A stretch of 63,616 nt of DNA, the filler included, from Octopus bimaculoides (Eukaryota), in the NCBI RefSeq assembly GCF_001194135.2. It is 6 parts of 6 records of this genome, joined end to end, with 100 filler letters (N's around TTAATTAATTAA, not from the genome) between each part and the next. Parts side by side here need not be neighbours in the genome. Positions count along the whole stretch, not along the records: positions 1 to 18,378 come from NC_068985.1; 5 more parts are not named here. The stretch is one strand, 5' to 3'. This document shows positions 1 to 12,999 of the stretch, piece by piece. The position numbers were made by a program, and so were the translations under genes. Position 1 is the stretch's first letter; each line of letters opens with the position of its first letter. Below the pieces are notes generated by a model, which saw nothing but the letters and a program-made list of their open reading frames with translations, made no database searches and had not been told where the DNA came from.

Positions 1-979
1 TATATATATATATATATATATATGTATATGTGCGTATGTATGCATGGACGCATATCCGTATGATTGTAAATACGATTATGTTTTATGTGCTATTACTGGT
101 ACTCTAAGGTGTATACATATATTTGTTTTGTCTTCGTTGAAACTATCACAACTGTCAGAAAAGCTGACAAAAATATACTGATGTCAGAAGATGAATGGGC
201 TGATTTCGCTTACAAAGAAATAACGTTTAAAATAAAGACTAGATTCTGATACAGAGACACATAAAAAAAAAAACACATGCATGTGTACGTGAATATATTG
301 TACGGATATGTATTTAGAGATACTGATGTGTAGTATGTATAATGCCGTAGGTACGTTAGAGCGAGCATACGTTTATATAATTATTATTTATAGAAGCGTA
401 ACAATGTATTTCTGCTGAACAAATGCGTAAGTCCACATACGTAGATATATAGGTATATATATATATATATGTATATATATATAAAAGTAGCTTTCTTATG
501 CCAAATACTGCAAATATATGTACCTCCGTATATGTATTTACATATGTACTTGCATACACACACGCACACATACATACACATACACACACATATATGTGAG
601 TGTGTGTGTGTATGTGATTGTCATAGTTTGTATGTTGATGCAAATGGATGCAAATATATGTATGTAGACGTATGTATACACATAAGTATATGTACATCTG
701 TATATATTTGTTCCCGAAATGTTGGCAACGGAATGTGATGTGCGCATGGTCTGTGAGTGTATGTGTAGAATGGCGTACACATCGATACACTCGTATATAC
801 ACAAGATAGATAAAGAGACAGATAAATGACAAGCAGATTGACAGTTATACAGACTGGAAGGCCAACATGCAGATTGATAGAAAAGAAACACGCGAAGAGA
901 GACGATGGTATAGACCGCAATGGTGGCAGAATCAGAGAAATAATGCACAGAGGTTCTGAAATAGAATGAAATAAGAATT

Positions 980-1015
<36 letters not shown>

Positions 1016-1104
1016 ATATATACGTATATAATACACACTGTCATACATATATACACACTTTAAGGGAGAGGGAACTATTTTGTATGTGTTCGTGTGTCTG
1101 TATT

Positions 1105-1145
<41 letters not shown>

Positions 1146-2043
1146 TACTTTATATGCCTACGTGTGTGTATTTTCGTATTCGTTTGTGTCCATTGGGAAG
1201 CGAGATGCTAAAGAAGGTACGCTATAGATAGATTAAGGGGCAGAGAAAGATTTGTCAAGATAAAAACTCAATGAACGGACAAGTATTATCTGATAGACAA
1301 AAATATATCTGTTCCACAACGAAACCAATAACACTAACAATGCTAATATTATCGTAACGTTATAAATAGACAGTTACATATATAACGAAATAAATTAACT
1401 ATCCAAGAAAATAAATAAAAATATATACAAATATTATAATATATTGAGCAGATTAAATAAAATAATCCATATCTTTCCCCAAAAAGTAGTTTATATATGT
1501 ATTTAATATTGGGATTTAATAGGTTTTTGTAAGAACAATTTCTATATTGGTATATGCTATGTTATTTAAATTTATCTCTGTACTTAATAGGAATTGGAGT
1601 GTAGTTTTTCTGTAATTTTCTCCGCAAAATACTTATATTTCGTTTTACGTTATATTTACACATGAACATACTCGAATGTATTCTCAATAAATAATTGCAT
1701 ACGCATATTCGTGTGTAATAAACATATACACACATTTTCAGGTAGAATTTCACGTATACACACAAGACAGACATACACACATGTAGATATAATTACAAAT
1801 ACATACAAACAAGATAACTTATATACACACATGTATTGTCCGCTGGGATGGTATATATGTAGACCTACAGCCAATAATTTCATGCATATTACTTATCATG
1901 TATTATGTGCGAAACTATAGGACTTTGAGCCAACTATGTGTATTTTCAACCTATATACATACATTTCTATAGTGTGTGTTTGTGTGTGTGTGTATGTGTG
2001 AGTGTACGTAGATTCCTCTGCTAAATTTTTATCTATATAAATA

Positions 2044-2096
<53 letters not shown>

Positions 2097-3899
2097 ACAT
2101 ACATTCTTATATACATACATACATACATACGTACATACATACATGTACATACACACACACACATATATATATATACACATATATATATATATATATATAT
2201 ATATNNNNNNNNNNNNNNNNNNNNNNNNNNNNNNNNNNNNNNNNNNNNNNNNNNNNNNNNNNNNNNNNNNNNNNNNNNNNNNNNNNNNNNNNNNNNNNNN
2301 NNNNNNNNNNNNNNNNNNNNNNNNNNNNNNNNNNNNNNNNNNNNNNNNNNNNNNNNNNNNNNNNNNNNNNNNNNNNNNNNNNNNNNNNNNNNNNNNNNNN
2401 NNNNNNNNNNNNNNNNNNNNNNNNNNNNNNNNNNNNNNNNNNNNNNNNNNNNNNNNNNNNNNNNNNNNNNNNNNNNNNNNNNNNNNNNNNNNNNNNNNNN
2501 NNNNNNNNNNNNNNNNNNNNNNNNNNNNNNNNNNNNNNNNNNNNNNNNNNNNNNNNNNNNNNNNNNNNNNNNNNNNNNNNNNNNNNNNNNNNNNNNNNNN
2601 NNNNNNNAAGTATATATTTAAATTATGTCAGAAAAATGTTAGAAAAATGTTAGAAAATCTTTTTGGTATATAAACATTGCATTTTGTGAAATAACCGGGT
2701 TCGTGTTGTCTTTTCAAATTTCTCTACTTCATTGTGTCGTGTTCGCTCCAGTCTGAGAAAGAAGAGTTCTAGATAGGGGGCGGTAATTAGGGATTTCTTC
2801 CGGTATAGGGGAGATAATCGAAATCTAGGAGGTGGTAGAATTTGATTAATTTACCATGGTTTTGTTCTATATTTTTTCCCCTTTTTTTTCTCAGTGGTGT
2901 GTTGAAGTTCCTTATTTAAATGTGTTAGCAATGGTTAAGTTTGGGTTTGTATTTTTGAATGAAAACGGTTTCCTTATTTAATCTAATCTGTGTTGGTGTT
3001 TTAATGGCACATTGATAAAAAGGAAAGATTATAAATTGTGGTAGCATTTGTTTTGCGCATTTTTCAATATGATCACTAAGAGGTATCATTCGGTATTCTG
3101 GGTGACAGCAGTTTGCATTGTTTTGCCAAAAGAGAATACTGTAGTTGTCACTAAATAAAATTAGGATGTATATTTATATGTATATGTAGGCAGAGGACAT
3201 CTTGAAACGGGTACAACAAAAAATACGAAATATGTACACATATTTGAGTAATTAAAAGGTTCAATAATCCGCAATGGAATGAATTTTGGTTTGATAGAAG
3301 GCAAAGGGAAATCTTGGAACTGGCAGAATATGGAAGAATTGAGAGAGTATAAGAAGGATTTGCATTTTGTGAATGGTGATTCTTTGAGGATAATTTCGGA
3401 ATATCAAATTTACTGAGTTCTCTCCGGTTTTGTGCAACTGGGGACGTCTGTTGAAGTATATGTGCGTATATATGTATATACGATTGTATGCATTCGCGTG
3501 TGCGAGCGATGGACTATGAGCGATAGAAGTTAAATTAGTTACATGCGTGAGACAATAGTTTTGTTTTGTAGTTTTCATTTTGTGTGTGTGTGAGTGTGTG
3601 TGTGCGTTCGTGCTTGTGTGTGTGTACATGGTCATGCATGTATTTGTGAAGGTACTTGCGTGCAGCGTGTAAACGCAGGATGTACATGAATTCTTTGAGG
3701 TAACGATAAATTGTTTTGCAATATATTTTTGTACTTTTTTCACGTGGCCGTTAATTCGTAGCAACTTACTGGTGAAGCCAAGTCTACAGTTGAAGTGTTA
3801 CAATTTGGAACAGCTAATAAATGATGACCAAAGGGGGAATGATACCGTTAATGTACATTGTAAGGAAAAGTGATAGTGAAAGAAGCGTCATAGAGAAGA

Positions 3900-4130
3900 G
3901 AAGGAGAATGAGTTCTTATAAATGTAGAGACATGATTGGAGGTTGAAATGAACGTGTGTGGCACTGAAGGAGAAATGTTTGGTTAGAAGTTGGTTAATAA
4001 AATGGATGTAGAGGTGTTAATGATTTAGCATATGTTGGAAGATGTGGACGGCTGATTGAGGTGACGTGGGATGAAATGCTAAATAATGAAGGCTTGAAGA
4101 AGGAAATGGCTGTTTATGGCTGAGTGCAGG
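3900..4130 (+). mobile_element. Highly degenerate RTE-like 3' fragment
   Basis: GR...TWDEMLNNEGLKKEMA resembles GRPRKTWDEV...GL..EMA. Confidence 0.35.
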
Positions 4131-4293
4131 GCTCAACATAAACCCCACAAGAAACAGAATTCCAGAAGGATTCTAATAGAAACATAAGCCTGTATACTTG
4201 TGTGTGTGTGTGTGCGCGTGTGAGTATATGTGTTAGTGTGTATGTGTGTGAGTGCGTGTGTGAGTGTGTACGAGGCTAGAATATTGATACATA

Positions 4294-4725
4294 TCTTCTA
4301 TCTTTTACTTGTTTCAGTCATTTGACTACAGCCATCTTGGCTTAATGCCTTCAAGTGTTTTCGTCGAGCAAATCGACTGCAGGACATATTTTGCAAGCGT
4401 AGTAGTTATTCTATCGGTCTCTTTTGTGGCACAACTAATTTACGTGGACGTAAACACACCAACACAGGTAGTCAAGATGTGACGTGGACAATAACAAAGA
4501 CAAAAACGCTCACACATAGATATATATACACGCAAATACAGACACGCGCATATATATACATGCATTCATCTTCAGACAGATGACGGGCTTCATTTAGTTT
4601 CCGTCTACCAAATCCACTTTAGTCGGTCCGAAATGATAGTAGAAGACACTTGTTCAGGGTGCCACACAATGGCACTGAGCAAGGGACCATGCGGTTAGGA
4701 AACAAGCTTATCACACAACCATATC
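4294..4725 (-). mobile_element. tRNA-headed SINE, family B
   Basis: Shares tail (cttttacttgtttcagtcatttgact) and body (gtctaccaaatccact, agaagacacttg) with other copies. Confidence 0.75.
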
Positions 4726-5046
4726 TGGTATGAAAGGATGGCTAAGTATGTACATGCTGTATTTGTGACTCATTTTCAACAATACAATTTGAAATGGATA
4801 AAGCTAACTTTAACAACGTGTAGTGAATTGCGTTAAAAGAACCCTTCGATGGTCAGTATCGAAAGATGCCGGGGCATTCTTTTCTACAACTTCTGTAACA
4901 TGAGAAGATTTAGATAGAAGGAATAATGGAATTTTGCTTCACAATACATTTATATGAGTAGAGAAATTCTAATGATTGCGTGGATATAATGCTGTCATAT
5001 CTGGGACCGGAAATCATGGACAATCTATGATCTTTTCCATCTACGG

Positions 5047-5302
5047 CCGAGGTCCCCAAAGTGAAGCGGTTGTAAATTTCATAGAGGCTTTGAAGAAAAG
5101 TGGGGTGATAATGAGGTTCCGATTCATGTAAAAAGAACAAAATAATGGGTTCATTAGGTTAAGTTTTATTTGTGAAATACAGCTATTTTCAATTTGCTTC
5201 AGAAAGAGGTCAATGTTTGGGATGATTAGTCGGGGAGGGGGCACTAGTAGTGTGGCCTGGGTGCCAAGGGGCGGCTGCCCGAAAAAAAATTGGGAACCAC
5301 TG
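5047..5302. mobile_element. hAT-type MITE
   Basis: TIRs ccgaggtccccaaa / tgggaaccactg. 8-bp TSD atctacgg / atctaagg (7/8). Confidence 0.7.
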
Positions 5303-5882
5303 ATCTAAGGGTATTTTCCAACTAATATTCTGCCCTGTAATATTGATAATGTTCCTATGGTGACTATCTGGCAGAATCAGTACGCCGCCGGACAAAATGC
5401 TTAGCAACATTTCGATTCGGTGTTACAATTTAGCCGAAGCAGACATTGACTTCATCCTTTCGAGATCGATAAAATAAGTACCAGTTGGGTACTGCAGTCG
5501 ATCCCATCCATATACCGCACCCCAACGGAATTTGCTGGCCTCGTGTCAAAATTTGAAATCAATATTTACCGTGTTCCATGGTTAACAAAGATTTATTCCA
5601 AATTTTTCAAAGTTTCTAAATCCTTATGACATGAACTGTGTACACACTCACGGATATTCATACATACATATATATATANNNNNNNNNNNNNNNNNNNNNN
5701 NNNNNNNNNNNNNNNNNNNNNNNNNNNNNNNNNNNNNNNNNNNNNNNNNNNNNNNNNNNNNNNNNNNNNNNNNNNNNNNNNNNNNNNNNNNNNNNNNNNN
5801 NNNNNNNNNNNNNNNNNNNNNNNNNNNNNNNNNNNNNNNNNNNNNNNNNNNNNNNNNNNNNNNNNNNNNNNNNNNNNNNNNN

Positions 5883-5950
<68 letters not shown>
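5883..5950. repeat. (GA)n microsatellite. Representative of very many (TA)n, (CA)n, (GA)n and (TAGA)n tracts throughout the window
   Basis: Seen directly. Confidence 0.95.
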
Positions 5951-5954
<4 letters not shown>

Positions 5955-6040
5955 TTAAATGCTATGTTAGTGTAGAGAGTAGAATAATATTAGTAATAAT
6001 AATAAGGTTTTACGGAAGTTATACCGGAAAAGTACCGTAG

Positions 6041-6258
6041 TTTATTTACATGCAGGTGCAGAATGTCTTCAGATCTTCCAAGGAAATGAAATATAATGGA
6101 ATGAAATGAAATAAAATATTTACGTCATTATAGTGAAGAATCGATGTAGAACTTTCGAATACTTGTGGCTCAACTATTTAACGTTAGTTTGTTTTCATTC
6201 CATTTCATTTCATTTTCTTTGGAAATTTTGAAGACTCTCTGTATTTGTATAAAATAAA
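6041..6258. repeat. Fold-back (long imperfect inverted repeat), probably a MITE
   Basis: Left arm ttattt...gtcttca...ttccaaggaaatgaaa...atggaatgaaa matches the reverse complement of the right arm over about 80 nt. Confidence 0.7.
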
Positions 6259-6822
6259 AGTCTGGAGCAATTGCTTCATTGCATCTGACTAGCCTAATTA
6301 TTATGGAAAATAAATATATTGGTGAGAAAGAGAGAGAGATAGAGAGCGGGGATGAGATACTGAGTGAAAGAGGATAGAGTTAGGATTGGTTATATAAATA
6401 AAAACACATACAGGCATAAAGATTCCTATCGGCAATCCTAGATGGAGAGATCTCTCTAATTATGTGTACCAAATGTAATCATAGAATATTCTGTAAGAAC
6501 ACACGTATGATGTGCGAATCCTGAGTTCCTGGAACTGTGAATATCTGGCTGCGTATGGAAGAAGCTTTCCTGTTGGTATAAAACAAACGCCAACTATGAA
6601 AATATACTTTTCTACTCTAGTCACAAAGCCCGAATTTTGGGGGAGGGGGGCCGTGGATTACATCGACCCCAGTACACAACTGGTAATTAATTTATTGAAC
6701 CCTAAAGGATGAAAGGCAAAGTCAACCTCGGGGGAATTTGAACACAGAACGTAAAGACAGATGGAATACCGTGGCCTTTTGAGTCGATGACCTAATTGTT
6801 TTATTCTGCAATTAATTTTGTA

Positions 6823-6874
<52 letters not shown>

Positions 6875-6901
6875 ATATATATATATGTGTGTGTGTATAT
6901 A

Positions 6902-6987
<86 letters not shown>

Positions 6988-6993
6988 AACACG

Positions 6994-7049
<56 letters not shown>

Positions 7050-8596
7050 CATATATATATATATATGCATGTATACGTACATATATATGTGTGTTTGTGT
7101 GTGTATATACGTATGTATACATGTATGTAATTATACATGCATGTGTACGTTCAGAAAGTTTGAGCATATGCATATAACTTAGTTTCAGTTGCAAGTGGAT
7201 ACGAATGGTGGCTTCCATATAGAATGCTCACACTGAATCTTTTATCTGTGTATCAAGCTGCTTTTGAGTATAGATAACATCTGTATCCGCTATATCTTTC
7301 ATCCATCGGAAGAGCAAAGATGTGACTGTTTGAGGGTGCGATTAGTGCTGCGGAATCACTCTGTTTGGTATTCAGCAGATTGGATTAGTGTAACCCGTAA
7401 AAGAATATTGTCGTTAGAGTCGCCACCAGTCTCGAGAAACGAACCTACAAGCTCTTGGTAATAAGCCACACACACAAACTATTTAACCACGAACATTCAC
7501 ACATGCATATATGTTTTGAGGTAATATAGCATTTATGAACTCAACAGAGAATATTTTATCATAAATTAATGGAAGAAAATTAAACCATACAAAGTTTCTA
7601 ACAGTATTTGCGAGATAGATAAGTGTTTAGCGAGAAATAACATATTTTGATAGAACAAATGAAAGTAAACAAGAGAATATGATTAGTACTGCTTTGCAGA
7701 TTCCGTGTTCGCTCCTTGAATAATATTTTACCATTTGTGATGTTAACAGTCCGCAACAAACAACTCGATGGTGCGCCTGATGAAGTGATGGAGAAGAGGA
7801 AAAGAAGGAAAAAAATTGCAAAGAGAGAGTAGCAAAATTGAGAGGTTGTACTAATCACATTTTCTTATTTACTTTAATGTGGTGTATCGGAAATTTTTAT
7901 TTCTCACTGGAAATTATTAGCGTTATAGTTGTGAATTATATATAATAACTAATAATTATTCTTTGACCCCCTTTTGTGAAATATTCTTCAATTAGGTTGT
8001 GTTAAAGTGAGTCTTGTGATTAGAAACACTCTCAGACACAGGCAAACACGGGAGTAGTTACGCACAAATGTGTGTGTATGAACGTGTTTGTGCGTGTGTT
8101 TGTGCCTTTCGGGAGGGGGTATGGGGAGAGGGAACGAGAGAAACAATCAATTCATAAAAGACAAGGACAGTCAAGGAGAGAATGGTGGTTTGCATTATCA
8201 TCATAATATGCATAAATACATATAAATAGATATATATAAAAATATATGCATATACATGGATGTATATACACATATGCACACATGTAAAGACGCACACAAA
8301 AACACAAAGGCATACACACGTATATACAGGCTCATGTATATATGTATGCATCTGCTATACTGATTAAAGCATTCCACTCACGTGGCTGCGATTCCCGTGG
8401 CTGCAAAACACTATATTCTACGCTACTCAGCTTTAACGTGGCATTTGATATGTGACATATGGTGCACCTGTACGGACAATGTTAGTTGTCTGGAGAGAAT
8501 GAGAGAATGAGCGAATGCACGCCATAAAATTTAATCATTATCAAAAACGAAACTATTTTCAAGGTTCATCAGCAAGACATTGTTAGACTTTCATAT

Positions 8597-8639
<43 letters not shown>

Positions 8640-9011
8640 TATATGGGTGTACATAAAGTACGAAAACAAACGAGTTAAATAAACAGGATAAGTAACACAC
8701 AGAAAAACCCTTCATCAGTTGTCGGCTGTCTATTTATTCCTCATTTCAAGCATTCAATGACAATATGAGTTGCGCCCATAAATTCCAAAATAAAATTTTG
8801 GATTTATGGAGGGTCAAAGTTAGGAGCAAAAACAGCACAGTAGAAACATACAAGGAGATCGAACAGAAACAAACATGGAGGGTCGTTACACCAGAACGAG
8901 AAGAAAATAATGAACGCTGGGAGAAATACAGTTCTATATTTAAGAGACGAGCAATTATGTATGTTATTTACATTATTTACATTTGACGGATAATGCCAAA
9001 CTATACAGTTT

Positions 9012-9366
9012 TGGTGGCACTCTGTCGATTACGACGGAGCAGCGGAACAGCCTGCTCGTGAACTTAACGTGTAAGCGGCTGATCACTCCACAGACATGTG
9101 TACTCTTAACGTAGTTCTCATGGAAAATCAGCGTGAAACAGCATGTGACAAGACTGGCTCCTTTGAAATACAGGTACAACAGAAACAGGACGAAAGAGTG
9201 AAAGTTGTGGTGAAAGAGCACAGCAGCGTTCACCACCAATTTCTGCTGGAGCCTCGAGGAGCTTTAGGTGTTTTCGCTCAATAAACACTGACAACGCCCT
9301 GTCTGGGAATCGAAACCGCGATTCAATGACCGTGAGTCCACTGTCCTAACCACTGGGCCGTTGCGC
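9012..9366 (-). mobile_element. SINE family D copy
   Basis: Aligns with 42732-43112 along its length. Confidence 0.8.
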
Positions 9367-10324
9367 ACACACCCACACATATACATTCACACACTTATTC
9401 TAAATTGTGTTTAAGAGTAAATCTATTACTTTTATCGTGAAATGAGTGTCTAATATAATCTTTCTTGTCCCAATGTTTTCAGATGTCCAAGTCTGGGAAC
9501 TCCTTTTTATTCGGTTTGTCACCTAGCTAAATATGGCAACCGAATTTGGCCCTCAAATGAGGGACCGTAATCTAAAAAGTTGGAACGAAGCTTTGTTTAA
9601 TGCACAATAAGACGTAGTGGTCGTGGTTGGATTACCTTAGATCTTAAAATATGTTCAATGCATTGCTGATTCTTTGCTTAATTAACCAAACAAAAGAACA
9701 TGCTAAACACAGATTTTATCCTTGATTATCCTCACCAATCCGCTCATGTAATTATGCTTTGTCTCCCTTGACGTTGTTGACAAGAATTAGTTATTTAAGG
9801 GTGAACATTAAATTATTCACTACTTTAGTGCGCAGCTGAATCTATAGAAGCACCGCATAACTTTACCTGAGGCATACATTTATTTTAATCCCACAATTCT
9901 TACACTTCTCCCTTGCTCAACAAATTCTTAGCGTTTACATATTTTCTGTTTCGCCCGAATAATTTAATATCTCAAATAAGAAACCAGAGCACATGAAACA
10001 GGTTGCGCTACCAAACACGTTGTATTACAGCTTTTAAAACTCATCTTGAAGCATCTGATTTAATAATCTTTATATGACATTTTTGTACCACCTGCCTCCT
10101 TTTGTTTAGAGACTTTCCGTTATTCAATTATGATAAAAGAATGTGTTGTCTTAGAAATTTCATAGATTTCTTAACACAATTGGTGCGTTGTATTATTTGT
10201 GTAGGTTTTATTACATGACTTTGTTTAGCAACAGGCATGCATTAACTATAATCGTTTACTTCCAAGTAGTAGTTCCTTTTGAGAGATGCACGGGTCGGTT
10301 CAAAAGTCAGGCATCTCTATCTAT

Positions 10325-10369
<45 letters not shown>

Positions 10370-10416
10370 AGTTAATTGGTATTTCCCTCTTTCTCCCCAC
10401 TCGCTCTCACTGTATA

Positions 10417-10481
<65 letters not shown>

Positions 10482-11222
10482 ATGTATGTATATGTATATA
10501 TATACGTATAGATATAAATATGTATATTATGTATATATATATATACATATATATTTATACATATATATATATAATGTAAGTACGCAAATATAGAAACGAA
10601 TAACTACTTACACACATAAATACATGTGTGTGTACTTGCAGATGTGAATAACTGAAAATGATATATGTATAAAAACACGCATATACACATAAACACAAAC
10701 ATAAACGTGCACAATCACGAACCCTCACGCACACACAAACACATAACACACACAAGGAAATACATATAAATAGGTGTATGCTGCTGTGAATAGCAATTAA
10801 ACGAAAAGGTATTCAATACTTTTAAGTAGAGTGAAATAATTATTTATTCAGAGCAGAGTCGTTCTGAGTCGGAACTCAGAGTATTTTCGTTTCCGGTTTA
10901 CAGGCAGAAGAGGACCGGAAACGAGAAATTAAGAATGGCGATGCATCACTCAGACTAACCACTGAATTATATATGTGGGTGTAGGCGGAGGGGTGGGTGT
11001 CATTATACATGGATGTATACACATATATTGATACGTACAACCGTACATACACACATAGATACATACATACATACATACATACGTACAAACATACATATAT
11101 ACAGACATGCATACATACNNNNNNNNNNNNNNNNNNNNNNNNNNNNNNNNNNNNNNNNNNNNNNNNNNNNNNNNNNNNNNNNNNNNNNNNNNNNNNNNNN
11201 NNNNNNNNNNNNNNNNNNNNNN

Positions 11223-11279
<57 letters not shown>

Positions 11280-11476
11280 TGGAGATGGAGATATATAGAT
11301 ATATAATTTTCATTTACACGGAGCATGGATCATATATATTTCAACAGTAACTCTACTAATTCTGTCTATGTAGACGTAGACATAACTACTGAAGTAAGAT
11401 TCAACATAGTTCATATCGTTTATATCGTTTATATCGTTCCACTTATCTATCCACATGTCTGTTTGTCTGTCTGTCT

Positions 11477-11511
<35 letters not shown>

Positions 11512-11646
11512 NNNNNNNNNNCATACGTACAAACATACATATATACAGACATGCATACATACATACACACATGCATACAGGCATACATATATAAATTGTG
11601 TGCATCAATGCATATATCTGTATCTATATCCATAAATATATGCAGT

Positions 11647-11692
<46 letters not shown>

Positions 11693-11702
11693 NNNNNNNN
11701 NN

Positions 11703-11880
11703 TAGTGAATCACAATATAACGCGAGGACGTGGTATAAGTACTGTATTATCAGACGGTCAAGAAAGGAGTATTTAACGTTTCGAGCCAAGCTCTTCGTCA
11801 GAAAGAGAGGAAATTCCAAAGGAAGGGAAGACGGAGGAAGAAAATCGCCAACGATACACAAGCGGTTACATTTCTATTAT
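11703..11880 (-). mobile_element. Penelope-like element terminal (pLTR) fragment
   Basis: CpG-containing segment carrying a ctgacgaagagc...gctcgaaacgt motif typical of Penelope-like element ends. No RT/GIY-YIG ORF seen. Confidence 0.45.
11772..11804 (-). ncRNA. Minimal type-I hammerhead ribozyme-like motif
   Basis: Minus strand reads UUU-CUGACGA-A-GAGC-UUG-GCUC-GAAAC-GUU-AAA. This gives the CUGANGA and GAAA core, a 4-bp stem II, an ACGU palindromic stem III and a 3-bp stem I. Confidence 0.6.
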
Positions 11881-12269
11881 ATATGATACATAAATACAAA
11901 GATATATATAATAGAAATAAGTTTCAAAGACAAAAATAAACTACACGTGGTAGATATATGGGGAACGTAAGAAGAAAAAAGTGAAAATGCACATTGGATA
12001 TATAAAAAAAAAAAATGAAAAAGTTGTTTTTTTTTAATATCCAATGTGCATTTTCGCTATTTTCTGCTTAGTTTTCCCATATGTATATGTATGTATTACG
12101 TATGCATGTATGTGTAATATGAAATTTTATAATTCTGTGTAGTATATATACGCATGTGTGCATATAAATATAGATATGAATACACGCACATACGCATATA
12201 TATAGTGAGAGAGAGAGAGTGAGAGAGAGAGAGAGGGAGAGAGAGATCAATACATAGATATAGAGAGAG

Positions 12270-12331
<62 letters not shown>

Positions 12332-12999
12332 CCAGAAACAGACCTCAAAACAAACATACATAAATATGATTGATCTTAAAGTTTACATACCAAATATTTT
12401 GCACCAAGTGCCACAAGATTCCTGCAAGATTTTCAAATTTATGATCAACTGGTAGCGCCATCTGCAGTGCAGTTTATTCACTCAATGAAAGATTCCATTT
12501 TGCCTGAATGCTTCGTCATTTACGAAAATAAACGTTGAAGGATGTTTCCGCCTATTCCAACTGAATTTCGTTTGGTGCTTAAATTCTCTTCTGATTTATT
12601 GTTCGATGACATTCATTCAAATATTTCGACTGGATCGGCTCTTGTTTGCTCTGAATTCAATAACATTTCACAAAACGCTGCACTACTTTACAATTGAATG
12701 CTTGGTGACATAATCAGAACGAAACAACAGCGAACACACATATAAGCACTGACACACATCCTCACATGAAATCACACACGCGCACGCATATGCACTGACA
12801 CATGCACACATACATATTTAGCCTCACATTTATAGCATACAGTGCAACTACCATATCAACTCGCAGCTATCTCAAACAATGCATTCTTTTCTCTAACCAA
12901 GAAGTTTGCATGTACTCTGAAGCCGCTAGACATAGCAGCCGGATATCAAGTAACACCATACTATCATAAATATAAGGAATATTGGTTACTGTAATTAGT

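Noticed and set aside
356-2673. Many 60-190-aa ORFs rich in IY/YI/CV/HT (same pattern across the window)
   Set aside because: Translations of (TA)n/(CA)n microsatellites, which lack stops, often extended through N gaps.
8545-8730. CTGATGA motifs on the minus strand (about 8568-8574 and 8712-8718) as further hammerheads
   Set aside because: No paired stem II followed by GAAA. At most decayed repeat remnants.
11081-11562. Identical 40-nt stretch at 11081-11118 and 11525-11562
   Set aside because: Both copies abut gaps and (GA)/(CT) tracts. Likely a local assembly overlap.
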